Assembly (NCBI RefSeq): GCF_006345805.1 | Contig: NW_021834041.1 | Span: 1 to 27,236 of the forward strand | DNA: 27,236 nt | Direction of reading: 5' to 3' | From: Octopus sinensis | Taxonomy: Eukaryota | Shown here: in pieces, positions 1 through 12,670 of the stretch | Layout: each line of letters opens with the position of its first letter | How positions within the stretch are numbered: the stretch's first letter is position 1 | The notes under the pieces: generated by a model | What the model was told of the DNA's origin: nothing | Seen by the model: the letters and a program-made list of their open reading frames with translations, nothing else | Databases searched by the model: none | Program-made: the position numbers and the translations under genes

Positions 1-1123
1 TTGTGGTTCCTGTGATCAAAACTGACTGCGAGTGGTGATCATGTAACACTGACCTATACATGGATTTAACATACAACATTTTTTTAAATGGTCTTTTCAT
101 GCAATTAGATTGTGCCAAATACTGAAAGCCAACCCTGGGTTTTAAAGCAGTGTATAAATTGCCTGAGAGTGATTCATTAAAATAATTAAGTTTTCCCTTT
201 TGTTCTTGTTCATTTCAAGATCTAAGAGAAATTCTCCACTAATACTGATAAATGGAATTTGAAACACTTTTATCTGAATTTACATCTTCATCTGAATTTG
301 CTTTAGAAGAAATACAACCAAAAAAGTGATTCAAGTTATGAGCTGGAAGTGAAAAAAGGTTAATGTTTCCAAATCAAACCCCACTTCTCTATTTCATTGA
401 AAATGTCTTTATCAATAGTTTTTCCATGTATGTTGCTCACTGAAGTTAGATTTTCTATCATTTCAAAGTTAACATTAATTCTCTGAATGAACAATATCAT
501 CACCAAACTGTCAGATACATCTCTTCATTTGTTAAGAGCCAACAAAAGCTGGGAGTCTTGTCTTCAACAAGTTGTGTTGTCTCTATAAGAAACAACACAG
601 CATATTGTTTCTTTTGTCTTCAACTCTCTAAATCCCATTTTCTAGACATCCCATCAGTAAATAATTCTCCTTTCTTAGCCAACAATTAAACTGCTTTCAA
701 ACCTGATTTAGTTGCAGCTACATTATTAACATTTATTTCTTTTGAAAAAGCATTAAAAGACTCTAATTCAGAAGTTTATATTTCTCATGACAGTTTTTCT
801 CTTTGATGAGAATTGTAAGATGAATGCTTCAACTGCTAATGTTAATATTAGCACTGCATTTCAGAAATATGGGGAAAAGGCTAAGAATGGGCAACTCTTT
901 ATATTGTGTAAGAAAAACTTTGTGTTTTGCTTTAAAGTCATCCCTCAAACTAAGGTAAATGTTCTTCCAGTGTGTGAATTGTCTACCTATTTGCAGATTC
1001 TGGATCTGTACAAATTTTCTTTCCAATTATAATTTTCAAAAGCCTGAAGCTGAGAAAAAATTTAAAGTAGGTCTATTTTGTGAAGAAACACAAGTATTTT
1101 TCTTTCTACCACTTTGGACTTAA

Positions 1124-1416
1124 CCCTTTTCAGACATGGGGCTTTAGTATGTTTAGCCAAAAAGACCAAATTTTTTTTTCTGTTAAGATTGAAATTGAAG
1201 GGTGCAAGTAGAAAACAGAGGATAAAGTACCTAAAGCTACTTTATTAGTATGTAAAACCATATAAATTATATAGTTTTATATCCACCGAAAGATGATCTC
1301 TGATTGGCTATTACACTTCAAAATGTTGGTTTGATAAGGCCAATGAATCAACTTCAAAGTCCTTTCAGCTGGTATCACACTTGGGCCAATCAATCAGCCT
1401 GGGTGTCACAAGAGGG
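1124..1416. mobile_element. piggyBac-like non-autonomous element (MITE)
   Basis: TTAA at 1120-1123 and 1417-1420 flank imperfect inverted ends CCCTTTTCAGACA / CCCTCTTGTGACA (10/13 match). TTAA|CCC termini are the piggyBac hallmark. Confidence 0.5.
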
Positions 1417-2689
1417 TTAACAACCTGAATGTATACTTGTTAATTATTTTGTTATTAATGGGGTAGTCAGGTAATTCAAAAATACTGTGTTAGGTTCTAA
1501 TATCCATTATTCTTAATCCATAAATAAATTAAGTAATAGTTATGTTCTAGTTGTACTGATACAGTTATTTGAACTTAATGTTTAAAAACTAGTTTTTTTT
1601 TAATTTCCTCTTTATCAGATAATTTACTACAGTGAAAGTAGAAATTCCAATTACTGAACGAAAAAGTACAGAGGTAAATTTACTTTCAAAATGTTGTCAG
1701 GAGGTAAATGGAATGAAAAAAATGTTGAAAGCTGTTGCTTATATAATCAAAATAGTTACCAGAGGTAAGACACAGCCTGGCCTATTTGAAACTGGTAATA
1801 ATATAAAAACGTCCCCTGATGCAATAATGTTGATATTACCTACACATTTAATGACATACAAATGTCATTAACGACATAGCATGTGCCATAAATGACATTA
1901 CATGCAATGGGAGGTTAAATTATTTTTAGTTAGAATGAATGGCAGATTTTGTGGCTCCAGGGATAAACATGACATCAACCACTTTACTTGCTTTCCTCAA
2001 TGTACTAGTAAAGGTTTTTTGCCACTCCCTGCTCATATTGTCATAGATACATACAAACTATATTGCAGCAGTGTATGGGATGTTGTTGATTTCTGTGGCT
2101 CCATCCATTTAGAGGGGTGAAGATATACTGTTTGGAATTTCACACTTCAGGAAATTTTCATGTTTTAGCAAACAAAAATATCACACTTTTTTTTGTATTT
2201 TTTTTCATATAAAACATTGATTCAGTTGAGGTTACTACAGCAATTAGACTTTTATTTTTTGAGACTGAATTTTATTGCTCACTAACTAAAGATAAATAGG
2301 GAAACAAAATTTTTTGTGTGAATGTCACACTCAATGAAGCTGAAGGCTCAAATAAGACTAGTGAGTATAGTTTGTTAACTCCAGTGCGTATGAACAAAAA
2401 CATGGTTCCAACGGAGGAACAAATTGATTACTGGAGATAAAAACATAACAGAAAACAATAGTGTAACAAAACGGGATATAAAACATTTTTATACACATTC
2501 AGTTCATAAAAAATTTAGAGTTAGTTCCCTTAGTTTCATTCACCATAACGAGACTACAGTATTATTTTTATATTATTTTTACCATCTAGAGATATGGAAA
2601 ATAACATTTCAAACTATCTTTATAGAATAAGTATAACTTTATGATACACGAAAGAAATTCTGCCATGTATTTTGTAACAGAATTATTTT

Positions 2690-3152
2690 AACATGACCTC
2701 CTGGAATCTGTCCAGAGACGTGCAACCAAACGCATACCCTCCATCAGACACCTACCATATTCTGAGCGCCTTGCTTCCCTGGGCATGGATTCAGTGAAGC
2801 TCCGGCGTCTGGCGACGGACTTGGTAAACACCCACAAGTTTATCAACCACCTCACCAACAACAACACTGAACACCTTTTTGATCTCCATGTGTCTAACAC
2901 ACGTGGACATGCCTACAAAGTCAGAAAACAACACAGCTCCCATGACTTTCGGAAACATTTTTTCATGCTCAGAGTTGCTGAAGCATGGAATAAACTGCCT
3001 GCGTCAGTTGTTGACTGCCATGACACTGCATCCTTTAAGGCCCTCATGCTTTCCGAAATCTGCCGAAACTACACCTGATTATATATACACTTTAGATGAG
3101 TTGTAGTGCACCTGAGCACTGTACACAATTATTATTATTATTATTATTATTA
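2690..3152 (+). mobile_element. 5'-truncated CR1/L2-clade LINE: ORF2 C-terminus, 3'UTR and (ATT)n tail
   Basis: Translates LESVQRRATKRIPSIRHLPYSERLASLG...TRGHAYK...FRKHFFMLRVAEAWNKLP, typical of the post-RT C-terminus in this clade. Ends in (ATT)n at ~3128-3152. Confidence 0.85.
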
Positions 3153-3539
3153 TGATGATGATGATGATGAATCCATATTATATACTGATTATATACAGAG
3201 AATTCAGGCTAAATTTGACAATTCTTTTTGTCTCCTTTTTTCAGGAACAGCTTAATGTATTGATGAACAGTTGACAGTAGTGGAGAGCAAAGAGATCAGA
3301 GTTTTACTTGAGATAAAGTTAGCTGACATGGAGGAACCGAAACCATCTGAATACGGGAAAAGAGTTACCCATCTCATGATGATTCATGCCGGTGTCAAAA
3401 TGCTGATGTCATCATGGTTATTCAATGCTTTGTGGAAAGTGTAAAGGCTGCAGACACAACATAGCAAGCTGCAATGGAGGCTATGAAGCCAAGGCCAGCA
3501 GGAAGGTACACTGCAAGCGTTCTGACTGTGACCACATGC

Positions 3540-3900
3540 CAGAATTCATCCCCACAAATCTGAACAGGGCCTTAGACTCAACTCAGAAGGCTATGTGAAG
3601 CTGCTGCAGACTATGGTCAATTCCTGGTTGGAGAGAGTTGCTGTTGGAAGGCCATATGTGTAGCAGCAGGATTCGGATCCTTGCCAGACTTTCAGAAAGA
3701 GTCAGAAATGGTTGTCTGAGAATTTCTAAGACTTCACCAGCCTCAATTTCTGGTCTCCTAATTGAAATCTCAAGGATTAGTATGCATGGGTCAAAATGAA
3801 GGAAGTGCCCAAAGATCTTCCCAGGACACAATGAGGAACACATGGGCCAAGTTCCAGAGCCAAGGTGAAAGCTAAAGGCAGCAGCTACTTCAAGTAAACT
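3540..3900 (+). mobile_element. Decayed Tc1/mariner-superfamily transposase fragment (probably maT/DD37D-like)
   Basis: Translates EGYVKLLQTMVNSWLERVAVGRPYV*QQDSDPCQTFRKSQKWLSENF*DFTSLNFWSPN, matching the QQDSAPxH...WL...WPPNSPDL catalytic region. Contains stops and deletions. Confidence 0.72.
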
Positions 3901-5125
3901 GTTATCTCTGAGCCATAAGCCAGGTTGATGTTTTTTGATTTTTAAAAAATTACTTTTATTTTTGGAGGGGATATTGTTTTCTTTACCTTTTATGCAAACT
4001 GTCGAATCTAGGCTGAATGTCCTCTGTGTGTATATGAGGAGGGACAGGGGTAGGAGGGAGATGATTTATGATTGATTCAGAATTAATTTCTTTCTACTTT
4101 AAATGACTCAAAACTTGAAATGTTCACCTTTCTACTACACAAGACAGAAATCAGGTAACATTCTCTCCTCAATTGATAAAAAATTTCTATTATCTATTTC
4201 ATACAAAATATGTCATTCGGATATCTGCTTTCATTTCAAGTTAATTAGAAACATATATTTTATTACTTGGTTCAGCCTTGATGACAGTAGTGTTATAAGA
4301 GATATATCTCCAGTCATTAATATAGCACCATGATGCAGAAAAAACGTAATTTTTACACAGAAATTTGTTTTAAAATAACAAATTTACAGTGAAATAATAA
4401 ATCTATAGGATATAAAGAGTAATTGCATTTGTTTATATCAATTTAAATCTCTGTTATGCACATAAAGAACATTTAATTTGCTAATTGTTATATGACTGCA
4501 ACACTATGACAGACTTAGAATAACAGTTGAATAAATTATAAATATCTTATGAAGAAATTAAATTACCAAACTATTGATATTAATGTTTTATATAGTTCGT
4601 CACTGCTAATATTTTAAATCAAATAAATATCTTAACAAATGTACTCATTTTGTCTGTCCTTCTCAAGATGGAATAAAACTAACCTTTCTGAAAATAATGC
4701 TCAAGATGAAATTAACAACCAGATATATTTTATTCATTACACACAAAGACACAGATAAGAACACATAGTCAAGTAAAAACACAGATAGACACTAATACAG
4801 GAAGCAGCCAGAATTATTAATAACTGTATTATTATGAAATTTGTGAAATTTAATAGAGAAATGCTATACTACTAAATATAGTTAAATGATTATTATGTGC
4901 AATAATTTATAAATACAAAGACTAAATATCTAATGGCCTCATTTCCTAGGAACAGAATGAGATATAATACTCATAACAAGTGAATGAAGATAATAAGGAT
5001 ATATAATTATGAAGAAAATTAATTATGTAAGTTTGAACATATATTCTTCATATTAAATGTTGTTTCTATAAAGGAAATCCTTGATAGCCATCATGGAAAG
5101 GAAGACTAATAAGAACTAACCCAAA

Positions 5126-5765
5126 TCTAATATGGCCACCATTAGAATATTACATTTTGAGGCTACAATACAAGCAAACATGAAATCATTATTTCACATA
5201 ATTTGAATAAATAATATGGAATAACAAACTTACCTTCATTGTGTGTAAAATCCTTTGTTGTATAAACTGTGACTTGGTCCCAATGTTCTGTTGTTAATGT
5301 TTGTCTGTGTCACTGCTGCTATGGTGTGACACTGGCTTCATGTTGATGGAATAGTGTTGGTGGTGAGTCAGTGGGAACCAGCAGTTCCCTCTCAAGTCTT
5401 CCTCTGTGGATGGGTGGTGTTTAGTGAGTGTGTGTGTATGCATGTAAGTGAGTGAGAGAGAGAGAGAGAAAGAGGGGAAGAGTGATGGGTGATGCTTACT
5501 CCAGCCTCACTCAGACTTGGTGTTGTGTTTTCCCTCCACAAAGAAAAGAGAGGGACAACAAACTATCAGCTCCACTAACAGTCAGCCATGATAAGTCTAT
5601 ATAACACCAACATGTCTGATGTGGAGAGAGACTGACATAGAAATCCTTAGAACAGAGAGGTTATATTAACAAAATATGGCTGATGCTGTTAATGTGTGTG
5701 TAATTTAAAATATAAACAGAATATTGATGATAATAGTTAGTGTGTCTGACCTAATTCTAAACTAA
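5126..5765 (-). promoter_or_regulatory. Third copy of the Pcdh promoter / first exon block (donor at 5234/5233), for a gene not seen in the window
   Basis: Homologous block with the identical core at 5551-5685. No cadherin exon in positions 1-5200. Confidence 0.62.
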
Positions 5766-5836
5766 CTCTCTCAATCAGGATTTGAAACTTTAAAGATGTA
5801 CTGATATGTATAGTAAATAAATTATATTTCCTGAAA

Positions 5837-6053
5837 TACTGGTCTCAAATTTTCGTACAAGGCTAGCAATTTGGGGTGAGAGAGTAACTCAACTGCATGG
5901 ACCGAGTACTCCACTAGTACTTATTTTATCAACCCTGAAAGGATGAAAGGTAAAGTCGACCGGGATGAAATCTGAACTCAGTATGCAAAGATGGACAAAA
6001 TGTTGCTAAACATTTCACCTGGTGTGCTAATAATTCTGCCAGCTCACTGTCTT
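5837..6053 (-). mobile_element. tRNA-derived SINE (same family as 21330-21543)
   Basis: Aligns with 21330-21543. Minus-strand head with B-box-like GAGTTCAGATT and shared core ccctgaaaggatgaaagg. Confidence 0.7.
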
Positions 6054-6539
6054 ATTTATTTCCTAAAATATTACCATGTAATATAATCCTTATTCAAGAT
6101 TTATATGGAATATACATGTAAACTGTCATCATCATCATCACTTAACATCTACTTTCCATGCTGGCATGGGCTGATATTTCCTCACATCCTAAAATTTAAT
6201 TAATAACTCATTAATAACACATTTTCAAAAGCATTTTTACTTTTAAATTTTATTTTACCAAGAGAAAAATTATTTTAAAATTTCCAAAAATGTTAATCTT
6301 ACCTAAGTTTATGTAATTACAGAGAGTTATATTTTGATTGAAACTTTTCATGCCTATAACTGATGGTTATTTTTTTCATCTGTAAAAACCTTCAAAGATT
6401 TATTTATAATATGTATAGTTTGAAATGCATAGAAAGGAATTCAGTCATATGAAAGCAATATCATGATGTAACTAATATATTTCTGCTGTTTTAAATGTTG
6501 TGTGAATGTTGAAGGTGATATTATTTCTGTTGTGTTAAC

Positions 6540-6661
6540 TTAACTGGCAACAACATCTGGTGTTGAAGGTAACTGTCTCTCTGGAGGTTTCACATATCTG
6601 TCTTGGTAATGGTCTCTCTCACTGGTGCTTGATACATCGGGTGGGGCACCACCATAGATTC
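6540..6661 (-). CDS. Pcdh: Protocadherin A terminal coding exon (GIYGGAPP...RQLPSTPDVVAS*)
   Basis: gtttcag|GA acceptor and TAA at 6542-6540. About 100 nt of downstream 3'UTR also aligns with B and C. Confidence 0.85.
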
Positions 6662-7897
6662 CTGAAACACACATATATATCAAATAAATGTATTGAATAA
6701 GTCACATAGTCAGTAGGTATTTTATGTCAGGGAAAAAAACTGTCAAACCTTTAAAAGAAATTTAGATGTGTTTTAATTGTACAATATATTATGTTGTTTA
6801 CTGATTTTAATTAAATAGTTCTGCTCCATTAGTTTCAAAAAGTATTATAAATCACACCACAATTACCTGTATATTGTGATGAACAACTAATTGTACATAA
6901 TGAAAAACAAGGGACTAATGATGAAAATACTGGACCAGGTTAAAATATATGAAATTAAGAACTTGACAAGGTGAGTAGATATATATCTGAATTTGAAGGA
7001 GATTCATCACAAGGGATAAGTTACAAAACTTAGTGTAAATAATAAATAAATACATAAATAATATATAAATATAGTGTAAATATGAAAATGTAGTATAATA
7101 ATATACAAAGAAATGTCACTCACAACAAAACCCATATCCAAAATATTTTTGTATTCATATAGACAGATTTTATAAAAGTCATTTTATCAATTGTATTTCC
7201 GCATCAGTTTAATAATTTATGTCCCTAACACTTAGCTGAATGGAACAAACACCATATTTTGTAGAAAAAAGTGCAATACCTTTTTAGATTCCTGTAAACT
7301 GTGTACTTATAACTACCAGAATATGAATAAGAATTGAATACTCTTGTAAATGTTCCTAATGTTAGGTTCTTGAAGATATTTTGTGAAATATAAACATAGT
7401 TCAGATCATGTAAATGTTTTCTGTTTTTTTCAGTGTTTAGAGTTAATTCTGGACAATACTGTGATAACCACCTAATGACATTTTATATTATGTAAATTGC
7501 ATTCACAATAACTTTTGAATAGATTACAGCGAGTTGAGCAACAGGATACATGTTTAAGTCAATGACAGTATGTAATATAGGGGAGGTCCTCTATACATCT
7601 TTGCTTTGTACAGGGAGATTTGGTGTGTATGTATAAAGTATTATATTGTCACTTTAAGTATATATTGGTATTTCTAAAAGTTTCCTTACAGCTTTCTATG
7701 TCGTGATTAGTTGATATATTTTAAGGAGAATACATTACATAATGTCACAAAGGCTGTTTCTAAAAAATCATGATTAGAATTCAGGATACGAATTTTATAT
7801 TAATTAACAGATTAAAGAGTTTCATGAGAGTGACTTCAAGAATGAGAGACATGATAATGAAATTAATAACAAATGCAAATGGCTGAGAGTGTTCTAC

Positions 7898-8051
7898 CTG
7901 ACATTGCTGGTATTTCTTCATACTGTCTACTTGACCGCTCACTCCAGCACTGTCCACTGCTCTTACGACTGGCCAGTGTGTCAGTGGGATAGTGAGAAGA
8001 TGGTCTGTTGTCTCCATAAGATGTCACCTCTATTGGTTGACTGTATTTCTG
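7898..8051 (-). CDS. Pcdh: Protocadherin A cytoplasmic exon (154 nt)
   Basis: ttttccag|CAG acceptor and G|gtagaa donor. 51 codons plus 1 nt, in frame. Confidence 0.88.
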
Positions 8052-8688
8052 CTGGAAAATACAATAGCAACAAAATATATTGTAATGGTATCATTTATAA
8101 ATGTGAACCTGTTACATAGCTAATTCTTAAATATTGATGGGTACATGTATGTAATAATATACTATTAACAAGCTATTCTTCCTAACTGCCCATATGAGCA
8201 CCTAACTAGAACAAGTTAACTAAAATTAGACACATCACAAATCATTATTTTATAGCTCACTCTGAAAAAGCAAATAGTGTCCATGGAATTTTTACATCTT
8301 CCTTTATTAGTTATACTACAAATTCATATTGTGCATGTGTCTGTATAATTGCCATACAAGCCTGGAGGCATCTGAACTGCTATATCAATAGTCTTCATAA
8401 AATTAGCAAAGATTCTATTGACAAATGGTAAGAACGTACAATGGTTAATTAAGTCACTGATGCTCTACAGTGTATGAATGAACCCTTGATACTCCTAATA
8501 GGGATTCTCTTGGATTTGAACAAGAAACAGAAGGCATTTGTCATCTCTGCACCATATCAGTAAATTCTTCAGAGCTAATCTAAACCAAAAGCATTTGGAC
8601 AGCAAACAGTATTCTTAAATTTCCAAAGAGGAAAGTAACTTTCATGTAAACATGGTGCCATCTAATAGTCAATCAAAATAAGGCTTAC

Positions 8689-11045
8689 CTTTGTAGACTT
8701 CTGAAGTGTTCTGTTCATCGTTGCTGTCTTCCAGTCTTCAGGATAGTAATGGCTCCTCGAATGACCATATCTGTCTGACATCTCTCCTCGATTACCTGAC
8801 ATCACAGGTACACTGTTGTTACCTTGATAGATCAACTGTCTCATCTCATTGCGGCATTGGTATGCCTGTTTCTCTTCTGCTGTTCTTTCAGATGAGCTAT
8901 TTCTCACATTGTTACATCTCACAATACACAGGGTTATAGAAACCACAATAGCTATAGATACTATCACAGCTGCTACTACAATGATAATCAACAATGTCGC
9001 ATCTATTGTGTTATCACTTGGTAGGTGCACAGCTGTGAACATTGGTGACGTCTTGTTACTAACAGTCAGTGTCAAAGACACACTAGTTGTTGCTGACAGA
9101 ACTGGAGTACCACTGTCTTTCACAACAAACTCAAGCTCATATGATCCAGCATCATTTTGGTAAACTGTGCGAGAGTAAGATAACACACCAGTGAACGAAT
9201 CCAGTTTAAATAACTGTCTCTCGTTACCTGAAACGATTTCATACCTGAGAAAAGCATTCATGTGACTGTCTATATCAGATGCTTTCAGAACTGTGATGTC
9301 GTTCTTACTTTGCGGATGATAGTGGACATTAAGAGTGAAAGGGTCAACACTAGGAAATGTAAAATATGGAGCATTATCATTTCTATCCAATACTTCCACT
9401 TCAACATTCACTGTGTTATTCAGAGATGGGCTTCCATTGTCTTTCACAAAAACCTCAAACTCATAGAAATCTCTGTGTTCTCTGTCTAAAGACTGGTTTG
9501 TTGAAATAAAGCCAGAGTTGATAATCTGGAATGGCAGACGATATTGCTGTTTATTTCTCAGAGAATAAGACAATTCACCTCCCTTACCAATATCTGGGTC
9601 TGTAGCATTGATAAAGCCAATAGGGAAATTAGCTTTGTCATTCTCATAGGTAAGGAACTTGAATGTGTCTTTCGTAAAGTGTGGTTCTACATCATTCACA
9701 TCCAACACTTGGATTGACAGATCTTTATCAGTTTTCAGAGCAGGTAATCCTTTATCTTCACACGACACAGTAAAGTGATAATGTTCCTGTGTCTCTCTGT
9801 CTACTGCTTTCTTTAGAACTATTTTATATTCCTTCGATCCCATTGACTGTAGTTTGAATGTGTCGTCTTTGATATGACAGTTCACCTGTCCATTGTGTCC
9901 AACATCGTTGTCAGTGACCATCACATAAGCAATGAAACTACCAACTTTGATGTCTTCCAGAATGGTAGCTGTGTTGTGATTCTGTGTAGAAATAAAATTC
10001 ACATCAATATTTGGGGGATTGTTGTGTTGGTTGATGACATTTACTATAACCGTTGCTATGGAACTCAGAGGAGGTGTGCCATCATCTCTGGCTTCAATGT
10101 ATATTTTAAAAGACTCTTCTTTATCAATTTCTGAAGATGTAGCTAAATATAATTTCCCAGTATTTTCATCTAAATTAAAATGTCTCTTCACTTTCTCAGT
10201 AGTTTTCCTGGCAAAGTAATATGATATTTTACCATTCCTGCCAATATCTAAATCATTGGCTAATAATGTGACTACTGGAATATTCTTTTTATGTTTATGT
10301 TCAATAGAGACATTGTAGATACTTTGAGAAAATTGTGGTGCATTATCATTTTCATCTTCCACAGATATTTTCACATTTAAAACAGATTGTTTTGGTGGGT
10401 TCCTCCATCTTTAGCAATGACTTCAATATCATAATTGTCCTTCTTTTCTCTGTCTAATTTCTCTTCTAAAATAATTCTTAACGTTGATATTTCATCAGTT
10501 TGTTTAGAAACTGATAAAGAAAAATGTCCATTATCTTTTTTTAATTCATAAGTAATTAAGTTGTTTTCTGGACTCATATCTTTGTCAATAGCATTAGGTA
10601 TGGGTTTCTTCATACCTTTACCATCTCCTTCCCTAAAATGTAGAGTAATTTCTTTCTGAGTAAACTCAGGTTGGTGGTCATTGATGTCTTCTATTATGAC
10701 TTTAATCTTTAAGATCTTCATAAATGTCTTGGATTTGTGAACAGCAACTTTAACGATTTCAAAACATTCTTTCTCATAACTACACACAGACTCAGCATCC
10801 AATGTCTCAACAGTGTACAGTTTACCTGTTCTCGTCACATTGAACAACTGTTCTCCCTTTTGTTGCAGTTGACTAAATGTAATTAAATCCTTATTCTTTA
10901 AGAAGGAGCTGTCTGATTTCTGTAAGTCAGTAGCAATGTCCCCTACATAGGTGTAGGGACTATTCTCTTCTTCAACATGGTATGTGATATCTTCACTTAG
11001 ATAACAGTGGAAGAAAGTCAGTAAAACACAGAGAAATAGCAACAT
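8689..11045 (-). CDS. Pcdh: Protocadherin paralogue A, large exon (signal peptide, EC1-EC6, TM, proximal tail) with one 1-nt frameshift at ~10398
   Basis: ORFs 10377-11153 and 8662-10374 join across ggtgggtt, where gene B has ggtggagtt. ATG at 11045 (MLLFLCVLLTFFHCYLS). Acceptor ttgtttcag| with exon start 11101, donor AAG|GTAAGC at 8689/8688. Confidence 0.92.
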
Positions 11046-11612
11046 TTCTGAACTTGATATTAACACAGTGTCCAGGAAAAAGGTGGTTTGTAAAATTAAA
11101 CCTGAAACAAAAAATATGTATCTCATATCAATAAGAAATGTATGGATTTGCAAACCAAGTTTCTTTTCTTTATTTCATTCATAAAAATATTTTCAATGAA
11201 GAGCAGCAATGCTACTCTTCTTAATATCATGTACAAGTGGACAAGAATTATATGACCAATTCTCACCAAATTTAATTATGTATATTAAGATTCAATGATT
11301 CATAGAATTTCTGAAGACTTAAAGAGTAAAAGTGGCACTTATTTCCAGATAAGTACTCTCAAACAAATATTAATCTGCCTAATTTTGAAGTAAATTAATT
11401 AAAGATGAGAAACGTGAATTGTGGGCAAGATCATAATTGATATTTTGACTCTCATTTTACAATGGAATCTAACTTCGCATCAATATTTTTACAGGTCAAA
11501 ATACAAATATTTTATGGAACTTTGAGTTATTTCCCTTAAACATGACAAACAATTTTAAGTCGAGCAATTATCAATGAAAATATGCTTAGTTATGTACTTT
11601 ACGTACGCACAG

Positions 11613-11671
11613 GTGTGTGTGTGTTTATGTGTGTGTGTGTGTGTGCTTGTGTGTGTGCTTGTGTGTGTGCT

Positions 11672-11710
<39 letters not shown>

Positions 11711-11769
11711 CACTTTCAGAATCTGGTTAATACATTTGTGATAATGCTATATATATATATATATATATA
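11613..11769. repeat. Compound microsatellite (GT)n/(GTGTGTGCTT)n/(TA)n
   Basis: Directly visible tandem repeats. Confidence 0.9.
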
Positions 11770-12670
11770 CAAAGCATTATCAAAATGTATTAACCAGTTT
11801 CAGAAAGTGCAATAATTATATGTTCATGAATTTTTAAAAATACACGTGAAATCGGACAATGAAGTTTCTAAGATTATTAAATAGTAATGATATGCTACCT
11901 GGTGGTTAGTTATTGATCAGTTTAAGATACTAAGCCAAATCGCTTTAACTCAACTCCAAGAAATAATTCCTGTCAATAGCACTAAATTCTAAAGAAATTA
12001 TGAACAAAAGAATTCTATAACATAATACTGTCCATTACTTGACTCATCTGTTTATTGAAGAAAAAAGTCTTACAACAAATTAGACCAGAAGTAAAGAAAA
12101 CATTCGTTTAGTAAGGTGAGTAAGACTTAGCTGATTACTTTAAACTTGATAGGTATGAGAGAATGGCATATACCTGTTTAAACGTCAAACTAATAATTTT
12201 AAATAAAGCCACCTAATGTAAATTTGACAATAATTAAATAATCAACAGATTTACAATTAATTGCGTCCTATAACTGAAAATGAAATAAAATTATGTAGAA
12301 AAAATCTAATATAAATACTTAATGAATGTATCTGAAATTAATTATTCTGAAATATGCATCAAATATTTGGAGACAACCTTTTTAGCGATCTGCAGGTGAA
12401 TGTTTGTTATCTGTGATAGACTAAATTATTTTTGTGTAAATCTATGTCAGCACTTCTTGAGCAAAATTATGATCAAAGCATTCCAACCATGACCATCCCA
12501 TAATTTTTCATATAGTGGTACATTACCATCATTAAAAAAACAATCAACAGATAAAGATTCACACTGGAACAGATAACAAGGAATAATTACCAAATCAATA
12601 CTCTTCATGCAGTTTTAATACCAGGTATTCCTAATGGATTTACTAAATTAACAAATTTTGATTAAAACAA

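Noticed and set aside
7781-8119. ORFs METTDHLL... and MFYLTLLV... (also near 15101-15379 and 23491-23706)
   Set aside because: Alternative frame or antisense of the 154-nt exon. Splice phase supports the QKYSQP frame.
8662-8688. ORF-track C-termini VSLILIDY, VRYIWIE... and VSFISII...
   Set aside because: Read-through past the conserved AAG|GTAAG donor into unconserved intron. An unspliced isoform cannot be supported from DNA alone.
8706-10219. Plus-strand ORFs repeated in each paralogue (e.g. 8849-9163, 17168-17482, 25054-25368)
   Set aside because: Antisense shadows of near-identical Pcdh exons. Their recurrence is explained by the duplication.
11582-11815. Low-complexity ORF (also 13426-13620)
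   Set aside because: Translation of microsatellites.
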